From Alteromonas sp. (GTDB lineage: Bacteria > Margulisbacteria > Marinamargulisbacteria > UBA6595), in the NCBI GenBank assembly GCA_964220215.1, contig CAXPTH010000003.1, forward strand, positions 1 to 64,000: a DNA stretch of 64,000 nt. The letters are read 5' to 3'. The position numbers and the translations under genes were made by a program. Shown in pieces: positions 1 to 9,230 of the stretch (position 1 is the first letter of the stretch; every line of letters begins with the position of its first letter). The notes under the pieces are model-generated. The model made no database searches. It had not been told where the DNA came from and saw only the letters and a program-made list of their open reading frames with translations.

Positions 1-700
1 TGACAGGTGTTGGGGCTGCCATGGCATTGGGCAACCAAAAATGCAAAGGAAATTGGGCTGATTTTCCCATAACGCCAACTAAAATACATGAAAACGCGAG
101 CACTGTCCAAACAGTGCTATCCAACGCCGGCAATTGGCTAATCATACTAATATCAAAGGTTTGATATAAAAATCCTAAGAGCAAAACGCCTAGCAGCATG
201 ACCAATCCGGTAGTGGCGGTAACCATGAAGGCCATTCGAGATCCCAGTTGTCCTTTTTGCGTATTGGTGTTAAATCCAATGAGCAAAAAGGACACAACGC
301 CGGTTAGCTCCCAAAAAATGAAGAGCAAAATAATGTTATTGGAAAACAATGTTCCCAACATGGCGGCCATAAATAGTAAAATATAGGCGTAAAAACGGGG
401 GTTTGAGTCACTCACTTTTGGCAAGTACTGCTTGGCGTAAAATAGAATAAAACACCCAACCACACTGACAACATAACCAAAAAATAACGATAAGCCATCG
501 GCAATGAATGAAAAATCAATGAGCATGTTGGGCATCCAGGGCCAGGTATACACTTGATTGAGCGGTACTTGTGTGTACAAACTGGCAACAGACCCCAGTG
601 CGCTTAAAAACGAAAGCGTAAAGACCCAGCGCTTGAGTCTAAACACCCCAATCGAAAGGGCTGCCAACAATGGCAGCCCAATAGCGATTAGAATTCCCAT
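1..700 (-). CDS. mrpA: Na+/H+ antiporter subunit A (MrpA/MnhA, NuoL-like), 5' part; runs off the window start
   Basis: Not in the ORF track. Manual translation from ATG at 700 gives MGILIAIGLP...DGLSLFF...RFYAYILLFMAAMLG...FWELTGVVSFLLIGF...GKSAQFPLHFWLPNAMAAPTPV, the MrpA/NuoL signature. TAATG overlap with the hppA stop. Confidence 0.88.
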   Translation of the reverse strand, partial: MGILIAIGLPLLAALSIGVFRLKRWVFTLSFLSALGSVASLYTQVPLNQVYTWPWMPNMLIDFSFIADGLSLFFGYVVSVVGCFILFYAKQYLPKVSDSNPRFYAYILLFMAAMLGTLFSNNIILLFIFWELTGVVSFLLIGFNTNTQKGQLGSRMAFMVTATTGLVMLLGVLLLGFLYQTFDISMISQLPALDSTVWTVLAFSCILVGVMGKSAQFPLHFWLPNAMAAPTPV

Positions 701-2970
701 TAGGGTAGTAACGAACCGGTTGACATCATCAAGCCAGCAAATACAATTGATACAATTGTCATCAGTTTTAGAAGAATATTAATCGATGGTCCAGATGTGT
801 CTTTAAATGGATCGCCACAGGTATCTCCGATAACAGACGCTTTATGCTCTTCGGATCCTTTACCACCAAAAGCACCTTTTTCAATATACTTCTTAGCGTT
901 ATCCCAAGCACCACCGGTGTTGTTCAACAAAATAGCCAACGAAAACCCGGTACTTAGTGTGCCAACCAATAGTCCAACAATACCCGCTACTCCAAAAATA
1001 AACCCTACAAATAGAGGGGTTGTAATGGCCAATAAAGACGGGGCTAACATTGTGCGTTGTGCACTGGCCGTTGAAATGTCCACACAACGGGCGTAGTCGG
1101 GCTTGTTTTTGCCTTCCATAATTCCAGCGATTGTTCGGAATTGACGGCGGACTTCTTCAACCATTTCACTGGCTGCTTTTCGAACGGCTAAGATTGTTAG
1201 TGCTGAGAATACAAATACAGCCATTGATCCAATAAATAGACCGGACAAGAAATTGGGGTTAATCACATTAATTTTAAATATTTCAACAATGGTATTTACA
1301 GTTAAATCACCCACAAAGTGGATATTGGGGTTGTAGGCTGCGACATCGGGATTATTGGTAAACCCGATCTCGTTCACGAAGTGAGTGCCTTCACTGGCTA
1401 ATACGTGAATCCAATGCTTAATCGTTTCTAAGTAAGCGGCAATCAACGCCAATGCGGTCAAGGCAGCCGATCCCATGGCAAACCCTTTTCCAGTTGCGGC
1501 TGTTGTGTTGCCTAATGAGTCTAGGGCATCGGTTCGCTCACGCACTTCAGGTGGTAATTCGGCCATTTCAGCATTTCCACCGGCGTTGTCCGCAATTGGA
1601 CCAAAGGCATCGGTTGCTAACGTAATCCCCAATGTAGACAGCATCCCAATAGCCGCAAATCCAATCCCGTAAATACCGTTGTTGATGGACTGAAGGCCAC
1701 CGGAGCTAACAAATGACAAGATAATACCCGCTACAACAATTAATACCAATACACCCGTCGATAACATACCGGTTGCAATCCCTTGCAAGACCAATGTTGC
1801 AGGACCACTGGTACTCGCAGCTGCAATTTGCTTGGTTGGCTCATAGTGATCAGACGTGTAGTACTCAGTAAACTGACCAATTAATGTTCCAGTGGCTAGG
1901 CCAATGATAACGGCTCCAAAAATCCCCAAGCTAATAACGCCTAGCTTAAATAGCAAAAATAAAAATGCAATAATTAACACCGATGCCACACCGGTTCCAA
2001 CGAGCAAAGACTGAAGCAACTGCTTTTGATTGGCGCCTTCTTTGGTTTTAACGAAGAAAATACCAATTAACGAAGCCAAAATACCACCGCCGGCGACAAT
2101 CATTGGCGCAACGACATACGGCATAGCCGGTTGCGATAATGAAATGGCTAGTGATGCACCCAAGGAGGCTGTTGCTAGAATAGATCCGCAATAAGACTCA
2201 TAAAGATCCGCACCCATACCAGCAACGTCCCCAACATTATCCCCAACGTTATCCGCAATAACGGCTGGGTTTCGAGGATCATCTTCGGGTATACCGGCTT
2301 CCACTTTACCCACTAAATCCGCACCAACATCCGCTGCTTTAGTAAAAATACCTCCGCCGACACGAGCAAATAAGGCCAAAACAGAGGCACCCATACAATA
2401 GGTCAACAAGGTTGTTGTGATTTCCATCAAAATAGCATTTTGAATATTTTCAGCGCCCAACAAGGCATTGCTGATGCCCCATAGGTTTTGATCATAGGCC
2501 CAATTTAGTCCAAAAAACCAAATAGAAATATCCAACAATCCGAACCCAACAACGACTAAGCCCATCACGGCTCCGGCTCGAAAAGACAGGCGCAATCCGC
2601 TGGATAAGCTCGTTTGACAAGCAGCTGCGGTTCGAGCTGCGGCATTGGTTGCGGTTTTCATGCCCAAAAAACCACAGAGCCCAGACCAAAGACCTCCGCT
2701 TAAAAATGCAAACGGAACAAATGGGTTCTGAATGCCATTGAGAGACAAGAAACCAAGCAATAGAAATAACACACCAAATACAATACCCACAACGCGGTAT
2801 TGCCGTGTCAAGTAAGCCATTGCGCCTTCCTTAACATAGCCGGCAATCTCTTGCATTCGACTGGTGCCCTCAGAGGCTTGATTAATTTTTTTGGTCAGGG
2901 CAAAGGCCGTTAACAGCGCAATTAAAGCGGATGATGGGGCCAGTAGCCAAATAGCAGGGATAAATTCCAT
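700..2970 (-). CDS. hppA: Membrane-bound cation-translocating pyrophosphatase (K+-dependent type, probably Na+ pumping)
   Basis: GGGIFTKAADVGADLVGKVEAGIPEDDPRN, DNVGDNVGD, GNTTAATGKGFA (Ala = K+-dependent type), GDTCGDPFKDTSGPS; SD AAGGAG upstream. Confidence 0.97.
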   Translation of the reverse strand: MEFIPAIWLLAPSSALIALLTAFALTKKINQASEGTSRMQEIAGYVKEGAMAYLTRQYRVVGIVFGVLFLLLGFLSLNGIQNPFVPFAFLSGGLWSGLCGFLGMKTATNAAARTAAACQTSLSSGLRLSFRAGAVMGLVVVGFGLLDISIWFFGLNWAYDQNLWGISNALLGAENIQNAILMEITTTLLTYCMGASVLALFARVGGGIFTKAADVGADLVGKVEAGIPEDDPRNPAVIADNVGDNVGDVAGMGADLYESYCGSILATASLGASLAISLSQPAMPYVVAPMIVAGGGILASLIGIFFVKTKEGANQKQLLQSLLVGTGVASVLIIAFLFLLFKLGVISLGIFGAVIIGLATGTLIGQFTEYYTSDHYEPTKQIAAASTSGPATLVLQGIATGMLSTGVLVLIVVAGIILSFVSSGGLQSINNGIYGIGFAAIGMLSTLGITLATDAFGPIADNAGGNAEMAELPPEVRERTDALDSLGNTTAATGKGFAMGSAALTALALIAAYLETIKHWIHVLASEGTHFVNEIGFTNNPDVAAYNPNIHFVGDLTVNTIVEIFKINVINPNFLSGLFIGSMAVFVFSALTILAVRKAASEMVEEVRRQFRTIAGIMEGKNKPDYARCVDISTASAQRTMLAPSLLAITTPLFVGFIFGVAGIVGLLVGTLSTGFSLAILLNNTGGAWDNAKKYIEKGAFGGKGSEEHKASVIGDTCGDPFKDTSGPSINILLKLMTIVSIVFAGLMMSTGSLLP

Positions 2971-3027
2971 AGTTATATACTCTCCTTTTCTAAATTGTAA
3001 TTATTCGAATAGTGTAGCCTAAGTGAT

Positions 3028-3570
3028 TTAAACTTGTCTAGCAATTTCGTGTAAGTCATGGGCGGACACCACACTGCTTACAGAATAACCAGCGGCTTGA
3101 ATGGTTTCTACGGCCCCTTCTTCACGATTAATCACCGCCACAATATGCACCGGGGTCAATTGGTTCTGTTTTAAGGTATCACAGGCTGTGAGAACAGCAC
3201 CGCCCGTTGTAATCACATCCTCAATGACGACCACGCGATCATTGGCGGTATAAATGCCTTCAATACTACGCTGAGTCCCGTAGTCTTTATTTGATTTTCT
3301 AACAATGATAAACGGTTTTTTAGTGACTAAGCTAACAGCAGCGGCAATTGAAACAGCGCCTAACTCTGGGGCAGCGATGCGGTCATAGGTTGATGCATCG
3401 GGAAGCAATGCCGCAATGCGCTCAGCAACAGCGGCTAAAATAACAGGATCACTTGAGAAGCGATACTTATCAATATAAAAATTTGTATGCTTGCCCGAGC
3501 GTGTTTGAAACTCGCCCGTTAAATAAGCGGCGTCGTAAATGGCGGCTGCTAATTCGTGATGGGATAGCAT
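3028..3570 (-). CDS. pyrE: Orotate phosphoribosyltransferase
   Basis: GEFQTRSG..NFYIDKY and PRPP motif VVIEDVITTGGA. Confidence 0.93.
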   Translation of the reverse strand: MLSHHELAAAIYDAAYLTGEFQTRSGKHTNFYIDKYRFSSDPVILAAVAERIAALLPDASTYDRIAAPELGAVSIAAAVSLVTKKPFIIVRKSNKDYGTQRSIEGIYTANDRVVVIEDVITTGGAVLTACDTLKQNQLTPVHIVAVINREEGAVETIQAAGYSVSSVVSAHDLHEIARQV

Positions 3571-3573
3571 GAA

Positions 3574-4164
3574 TTATTCAGAAGCTTGGCTATTTTCAAT
3601 ATCTTCTGCTTTCGTTCCTTTCGGTGCCGCTACTTTAACGACAACGCGATTGCTTTCGTTGAGGATACTCACGCCATCGGGCAATGGAATGTCGGCAATT
3701 TTCAAAGCCTTTTCCAATCCCAAATGCGCAATGCTAACCGGCAGATTGGCCGGGATGTCTTTGGGCAAACAGGACACGGTCACTTCATTAATAATAGTTA
3801 GCAATAATCCGCCCAGTTTAACCCCTCTGGGGTTGCCTTCAAATTTTAATGGGACAGTGATCGTTAATGACTTATTGGGATCAATGGCTAGGAAATCCAC
3901 ATGGGTTACTTTTCCTGTAATTGCATGTTTGACAACTTCGTGAATGAGAACTTGGTGCTCAGTGCCATCGACATCAAGTGTGATTAGTGTGTTTTTTCCG
4001 CTTTCGGAACACAGGACAGAGCGAATGAATGGTTCTGTGATACTGATGGCCGTAGGCGCTAGCGCATTGCCATACACAATGGCTGGAATTAAGCCGTCAT
4101 TTCGAAGTGCACGCGCACTCTTTTTTCCGGTATCTCTTTTTTTGTACTCTAGTAGTGTTGTCAT
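3574..4164 (-). CDS. rplY: 50S ribosomal protein L25/Ctc
   Basis: GKKSARALRNDGLIPAIVYG, HVDF, GVKLGG; SD GAGG upstream. Confidence 0.95.
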   Translation of the reverse strand: MTTLLEYKKRDTGKKSARALRNDGLIPAIVYGNALAPTAISITEPFIRSVLCSESGKNTLITLDVDGTEHQVLIHEVVKHAITGKVTHVDFLAIDPNKSLTITVPLKFEGNPRGVKLGGLLLTIINEVTVSCLPKDIPANLPVSIAHLGLEKALKIADIPLPDGVSILNESNRVVVKVAAPKGTKAEDIENSQASE

Positions 4165-4233
4165 GTTTTCCTCGCTTTCTTAATTCAAAAAATAACTATA
4201 GCTTGATAGTATACCAGATTTCTATGCTCGTAT

Positions 4234-5277
4234 TCAATGTGCATTGAGTTGAGTTTGGACGGGCCTTAGGGCATCTTTTGTTTTTAATGATACAGACTTT
4301 TCTGTGGTTTCGGCACCAAGTTCCGCCAATAGGGCATCCACTGTTTTATTGGACTCAATCTCAAAGCCTGCATCTTGAATCATTTTTAATGTTTCAAATT
4401 GTTGGGTGCCTACCGTATTTAAATACCCATCCATAAATAACGAATTGGCTGGGTATAATCCCATAACTTGTAAGCTTCGCAAGTGGTATTCACGGCCGGC
4501 TGCCATGCGAATTTCAGCATCGGGATTAATGAGCCGAAATAAACATAAAACACGCAAACAAAACTCGGGGGTTAGTGTGTTGCAGTTTTCAAAGGGGGTT
4601 CCTGGTACTGGAATCAAAAAGTTAATGGGAATCGATCGAACATTGAGGGACTTTAATTTTAACGCCATGGCGATCAGCTCATCATGACTTTCACCCATAC
4701 CCACAATCACTCCGGAGCATAATGAAAGCCCGGCTTTTTGAGCAGAGTTTAACGTATTGAGTCGATCCATGTAGGTATGGGTTGTGCAAATCTCAGCATA
4801 ATTGTCTTCAGAGGTATTAATATTGTGATTGAGTCGGTCGAGTCCAGCTTGCTGCAAGGCGACAGCCATGCCATCATTAAGCAGACCCGCTGACAGACAC
4901 ACTTCTTTATCGGGATGTTTGCGCTTAATGGTTCGGATTACATCGGTAATTTGATTGATTTTTGTTGGGGTTGGGCCACGACCCGATAAAACCATGCAGT
5001 ATCGATGGGCCCCTTGCTCATACGCTCGAGTGGCTTCCTCAAGCATTTCTTCAGCTGGTTTTAAGCCGTAGGTTTCAATCTTGGAATCCGCTGTTTTGGC
5101 TTGTGCACAGTACGAACAATCCTCCGGACAGTGCCCATTTTGTGCGTTGTTAATAATATGAATGGTTACTTGGTTGCCAAAATGGCGTTCACGAATTAGA
5201 AAAGCCGTGTTTAATAATTCAGTAATTGGGGTTTTTGTTAGACAGTCTTTATAGTGTTTTTCCATATGAAAAAGCAT
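4234..5277 (-). CDS. bioB: Biotin synthase (radical SAM); true start may be ATG at 5265
   Basis: CPEDCSYCAQ, NHNINTS, LCSGVIVGMGE, IPINFL, IRMAAGRE. Confidence 0.95.
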   Translation of the reverse strand: MLFHMEKHYKDCLTKTPITELLNTAFLIRERHFGNQVTIHIINNAQNGHCPEDCSYCAQAKTADSKIETYGLKPAEEMLEEATRAYEQGAHRYCMVLSGRGPTPTKINQITDVIRTIKRKHPDKEVCLSAGLLNDGMAVALQQAGLDRLNHNINTSEDNYAEICTTHTYMDRLNTLNSAQKAGLSLCSGVIVGMGESHDELIAMALKLKSLNVRSIPINFLIPVPGTPFENCNTLTPEFCLRVLCLFRLINPDAEIRMAAGREYHLRSLQVMGLYPANSLFMDGYLNTVGTQQFETLKMIQDAGFEIESNKTVDALLAELGAETTEKSVSLKTKDALRPVQTQLNAH

Positions 5278-5336
5278 TGTACCGTGTTTTCGGTGTAGTC
5301 ATCAATATAAAAATCAAGTACACTGAGAAGGTATAG

Positions 5337-7154
5337 ATGAGTAAACAAGCAAACCAATTACCCCATTCGTTTCATATTCCAGTGATGGGGACGGCCTTCA
5401 CGGTGGATACACCATTGAAAGTTGCGCCCTATGGTATTTCATCCGTTATATCTTTATGTGACGATGAATTATTTGAAGAAATGCGTCAGTCTTTACTGCT
5501 GGAGCACCCCCATCATGGTGCGTTTACAGCGATTCCAAAATCAGAGTTGGATTATCGTGCCAAGCGAATTACAGCCTATTTGAATTTGATTCATGATTTG
5601 GTAAATGAAAAATTCAAATCAATACAAGACTCCGAATTTAAACCGGGTACTGAAATTACTCGGTATTTTGAATTGTTGGCGTCCAACCATCCACTTCGCA
5701 TGGCGTATGAGACAATGCTGAACGTATCCGATACTCAAGAAAAAACAGACAAACAAAATCAGTTGCGCCGGGCTATGCAAATCGGGTCCATTGATGTGAA
5801 TATTATGACGAAGTTGGATCGGGACATTTATGCGCGGAAAACCGGCGAGAAGTTGCCGGAGATGTATTCCGATGCTATTTCTGGATTGCGGGGATATGCC
5901 AATAGTCGACTCAATCAATCCTGTATTGTGTTTTCTGCGGGGTTTAATCGCCGTCTATTTGCTTATATTGAACAATCCCCAGATTTTTTTCCAGATGCGA
6001 CGGGCCATGTTAAGAAACGTATTATTCTAAAAGTATCGGATTTTCGGTCCTCTCAAATACAGGGGACATTTTTAGCCAAGAAAGGAATCTGGGTCTATGA
6101 ACATCGCATTGAATCCGGACTCAATTGTGGGGGGCATGCCTTTGCTACCGATGGCTTATTAATGGGGCCAATACTAGCCGAATTTCGGGATCAAAAGGAG
6201 TCTCTAACAGATAAACTGTATCGGCTGTGCAATCAAGCGTTAGCCAATAAGCAGTTGCCAGAATACACCCAAAAACCAGAGTCTCGAGTCACTTTTCAAG
6301 GCGGCATTGGGACCTATGATGAAGAACGGGTTTTGTTGGATCATTACCAAGTGGATGGAACCGGGTGGGCCAGCCCATTTTTGCTAGTCCCAGAAGCAAC
6401 AACTGTGGATGAGAAAACCCGGCAACAGCTTGCCAATGCAACACCCAATGAGTTGTATTTAAGCAAAATATCGCCTTTGGGTGTTCCCTTCAATACGATG
6501 AAAGACACCCAAAGTGAAGTAGAAAAATGGGAACGGGTTCAGCAAGGAACTCCGGGAAGTATTTGCCCCAAGGGGTATTTGGTTAGCAATACAGAATTTA
6601 CAAAAGTGCCAATTTGTACGGCATCCAAGACGTACCAGCGGCTAAAAGTTAAGGCAATTGAGGCGTCGGGTGTTGTTGGTGAGGCTTTGGAAAAAGCCAA
6701 AAAACAGGTGTACACAAAAGCCTGCCTGTGCGAAGACTTGGCGGCCCCTGCGTTGCAGCAGCGGGATATTGCGTCTAAGCGCATTCAGGTATCCGCTGTG
6801 TGCCCGGGGCCGAATATTGCGTATTTTAAAGAGTTTTTCCGGCTGGATGCTATGGTAGACCATATTTATGGACGAGCGTCGATTATGCAGGATGCTTTAA
6901 GGCCCAATGTGTTTGTAAAAGAATTGCAGTTGTATGTTGCGTATTGGGTCGATCAAGTGAATGCGTCTATGCATGAATTAGACAAACGACAAAAAGACTA
7001 TTTTATTGCATTCAAAGAAAATCTAATAGCGGGGATTGACCATTATTTGGGTATTGTTGATACAGCGTTTAATTTTTCAAGCGAAGAATTATTAAGCCTT
7101 AAAGAGACGCTTAATGCGCATATGAAACAGTTCTCAGGCGTTTTATTGAGCTAA
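5337..7154 (+). CDS. Conserved hypothetical protein, possibly an FMN TIM-barrel/Fe-S oxidoreductase
   Basis: 605-aa ORF with HIPVMG, IESGLNCGGHAF, SPLGVPF, CPKGYL, KACLCEDL, VCPGPN. The function is inferred only from motif resemblance. Confidence 0.6.
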   Translation: MSKQANQLPHSFHIPVMGTAFTVDTPLKVAPYGISSVISLCDDELFEEMRQSLLLEHPHHGAFTAIPKSELDYRAKRITAYLNLIHDLVNEKFKSIQDSEFKPGTEITRYFELLASNHPLRMAYETMLNVSDTQEKTDKQNQLRRAMQIGSIDVNIMTKLDRDIYARKTGEKLPEMYSDAISGLRGYANSRLNQSCIVFSAGFNRRLFAYIEQSPDFFPDATGHVKKRIILKVSDFRSSQIQGTFLAKKGIWVYEHRIESGLNCGGHAFATDGLLMGPILAEFRDQKESLTDKLYRLCNQALANKQLPEYTQKPESRVTFQGGIGTYDEERVLLDHYQVDGTGWASPFLLVPEATTVDEKTRQQLANATPNELYLSKISPLGVPFNTMKDTQSEVEKWERVQQGTPGSICPKGYLVSNTEFTKVPICTASKTYQRLKVKAIEASGVVGEALEKAKKQVYTKACLCEDLAAPALQQRDIASKRIQVSAVCPGPNIAYFKEFFRLDAMVDHIYGRASIMQDALRPNVFVKELQLYVAYWVDQVNASMHELDKRQKDYFIAFKENLIAGIDHYLGIVDTAFNFSSEELLSLKETLNAHMKQFSGVLLS

Positions 7155-8014
7155 GAACGCGTTAGTTTAGAAAATTGAATATTGCCATGAATGGCAAATT
7201 GAACTACGGCATCGCATACCAACCGATGTTCGCGGTGGTTGGGACTGGAAAAACACCGATGCCACCGGCCTTTAATCCAAAATACAGCGCCCATTAGGCA
7301 TCGGTACGCACCATAGGCCAACCGGCCATAGTGTTTTTTAACAATCCAAAATCCACCCCGATACCCTTCGATTAATACAAAGTGCTTCACGGTTTTAGAC
7401 GATGCTCCAATAATATGTGTGGCGGATACGTTGGGGTAATAATACACTTTTTTGTTGTCTTTTCGAATTCGCAAGCATAAATCAATATCATCATTATAAA
7501 AGAAAAACGCTGGGTCAAGGCCGTGGAGTGTGTCTCGGAAATAGGCGGTGTTGAGCAGCATAACAGCCCCAGATAAAAATCGAACAGACCGTGGTTTATT
7601 TGTCTTGTACACCCAATGCGCTAGGGGATTGCCGGGCACTTGCAAGCGCCCATCTTCATGCAACAATTGGGGGGCAATAACGCCGATGCTGGAATCGGAT
7701 CGCATAACCGAAACCAGCGTGTCAATCAGTGTGGGTTCAATAAAGGCATCGCTATTGAGGAGCAGGGTGTATTCGCCAGTTGCGTGGGGCAATAAATAAT
7801 TGACACCATTGGGAAAGCCAATATTTTCGTCCAGCTCAATGAGTGCGACACGATCGCGATACGGTTGCAGAACCGCCAGGGAATTGTCGCTGAAATTGTT
7901 GTCTAAAATTAACGTTTCTAAGCGCAAGTCTGTTTGACTTTGCTCAATGCAAGCCAGGCACTGGTCTAAAAAGGCAGCACCATTAAAATTAACAATGAGT
8001 ATACTAACGTCCAC
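7151..8014 (-). CDS. Glycosyltransferase family 2 (WbbL-like)
   Basis: VSILIVNFN, NIGF, LLLNSD, FFFYNDDIDLC. Confidence 0.9.
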   Translation of the reverse strand: MDVSILIVNFNGAAFLDQCLACIEQSQTDLRLETLILDNNFSDNSLAVLQPYRDRVALIELDENIGFPNGVNYLLPHATGEYTLLLNSDAFIEPTLIDTLVSVMRSDSSIGVIAPQLLHEDGRLQVPGNPLAHWVYKTNKPRSVRFLSGAVMLLNTAYFRDTLHGLDPAFFFYNDDIDLCLRIRKDNKKVYYYPNVSATHIIGASSKTVKHFVLIEGYRGGFWIVKKHYGRLAYGAYRCLMGAVFWIKGRWHRCFSSPNHREHRLVCDAVVQFAIHGNIQFSKLTRS

Positions 8015-8474
8015 GCGTTAACGTATAGGTTTCTCCAATCGTATTAACCAACAAGGGCTCAACAATTGTGTCAACGACATCGGATTCATGAATGCCCGCT
8101 TGCATATGAATCCCCCATGCATGATTGTGTTGCATATCGGTAATATGAATAACCCCCAATTGGTTAATAATAGCCACACGATCGGCATAACTAACGGGCG
8201 TCTTATCGGTAATATTTAAGCAATAACTATCATAGGATGGATGCTCTAAAAACTCCGGTTCAGTGAGTGAAAAGGCGGTGTTATTGGGATTAATCAAGCA
8301 ATCGTAGTCCGTGAGCAGTTGAATAACGTTTTGTGTATCCAAGGGTTTTTCAGCGTGAAGGGTAATAATGCCAAATCGATACAAGGCTTTTAAGCCGGGT
8401 TGATTTTTGAGCGCAGCAAAGGCTGAAATAGCATGCAAGTCTGTGTTTTTTGGCCAGGTGTAGATTTTAAGCAT
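8004..8474 (-). CDS. Putative PurS-like protein with two tandem PurS-like halves
   Basis: Overlaps the 3' end of purQ. The C-terminus IVEPLLVNTIGETYTL resembles the PurS LLANPVIEDY motif, and the first half has CLINPN. Confidence 0.5.
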   Translation of the reverse strand: MLKIYTWPKNTDLHAISAFAALKNQPGLKALYRFGIITLHAEKPLDTQNVIQLLTDYDCLINPNNTAFSLTEPEFLEHPSYDSYCLNITDKTPVSYADRVAIINQLGVIHITDMQHNHAWGIHMQAGIHESDVVDTIVEPLLVNTIGETYTLTRGR

Positions 8475-9228
8475 GGGTCACCGATGAATGGGTCAGCTGT
8501 GTGGCTAAATTATGAAATAAGACATGCCAGGGTCCGGGAGCTTGGGGATTTTGCTTTAGTATGGTTCCTTGGTTTGGGGCAATGTGATGGGGCAGTTGCC
8601 GGGTCAAATACCCGCGCTCTGGGTGGGGCATCATGGCCAGCACATTCCCAGCGGCATTGGTCACAGCCGCAATATTTTGGGTGCTCCCATTGGGATTGCT
8701 GGCATCCGTTTGGGTTCCATCGGGTTCGCAATACTGCATGACCGGAATGGCATCGGCAGGGGTTTTAAATAAAAATCGGCCCTCGCCATGGTTAATCGGA
8801 ATGGGCAAGACGGTTTCAATGCCTTGAGTAAATACCGTGTTGCTGCTCACAGAAACGTACACCCACTCACAAATAAACCCCGTTGTTTGGGTGCCTGTTT
8901 GATTGGCCGCCAACATCGTATTGGGAATAATCCCACTTTGGGCTAAAATTTGGCACCCATTGCAAATCCCTAAAATGGGCTTTTGGTGGTCATTGGCTGC
9001 ACGCAACCAATCCACAATTCTGGATGTGGCTGCAATGGCGCCGGCACGGACCCGATCTTGATACGAAAATCCACCCGGAATAACATAGGCATCGCAGGCA
9101 TTAAAATCCGCCAAGTCACACGACCATGCGGGCAACCATCGGGTAGATAGCCCTGCAAAGGTTAGGGCGGCGTGGGTTTCACGTTCGCAATTGGTCCCTG
9201 GAAATAAAATAATGCCAACGGTTGCCAT
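8467..9228 (-). CDS. purQ: FGAM synthase glutaminase subunit
   Basis: FPGTNCE, PGGFSYQD, GICNGCQIL, HGEG, MMPHPER; start placed at ATG 9228. Confidence 0.95.
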   Translation of the reverse strand: MATVGIILFPGTNCERETHAALTFAGLSTRWLPAWSCDLADFNACDAYVIPGGFSYQDRVRAGAIAATSRIVDWLRAANDHQKPILGICNGCQILAQSGIIPNTMLAANQTGTQTTGFICEWVYVSVSSNTVFTQGIETVLPIPINHGEGRFLFKTPADAIPVMQYCEPDGTQTDASNPNGSTQNIAAVTNAAGNVLAMMPHPERGYLTRQLPHHIAPNQGTILKQNPQAPGPWHVLFHNLATQLTHSSVTHA

Positions 9229-9230
9229 AC

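Noticed and set aside
198..782. Short plus-strand ORFs here and similar 60-130 aa ORFs across the window
   Set aside because: Antisense or out-of-frame overlaps with well-supported genes, with no recognisable motifs.
5278..5336. BirA operator between bioB and the divergent gene
   Set aside because: Only a 5-bp tgtac/gtaca inversion, which coincides with the two putative -10 boxes; it does not match the TGTAAACC-N-GGTTTACA pattern.
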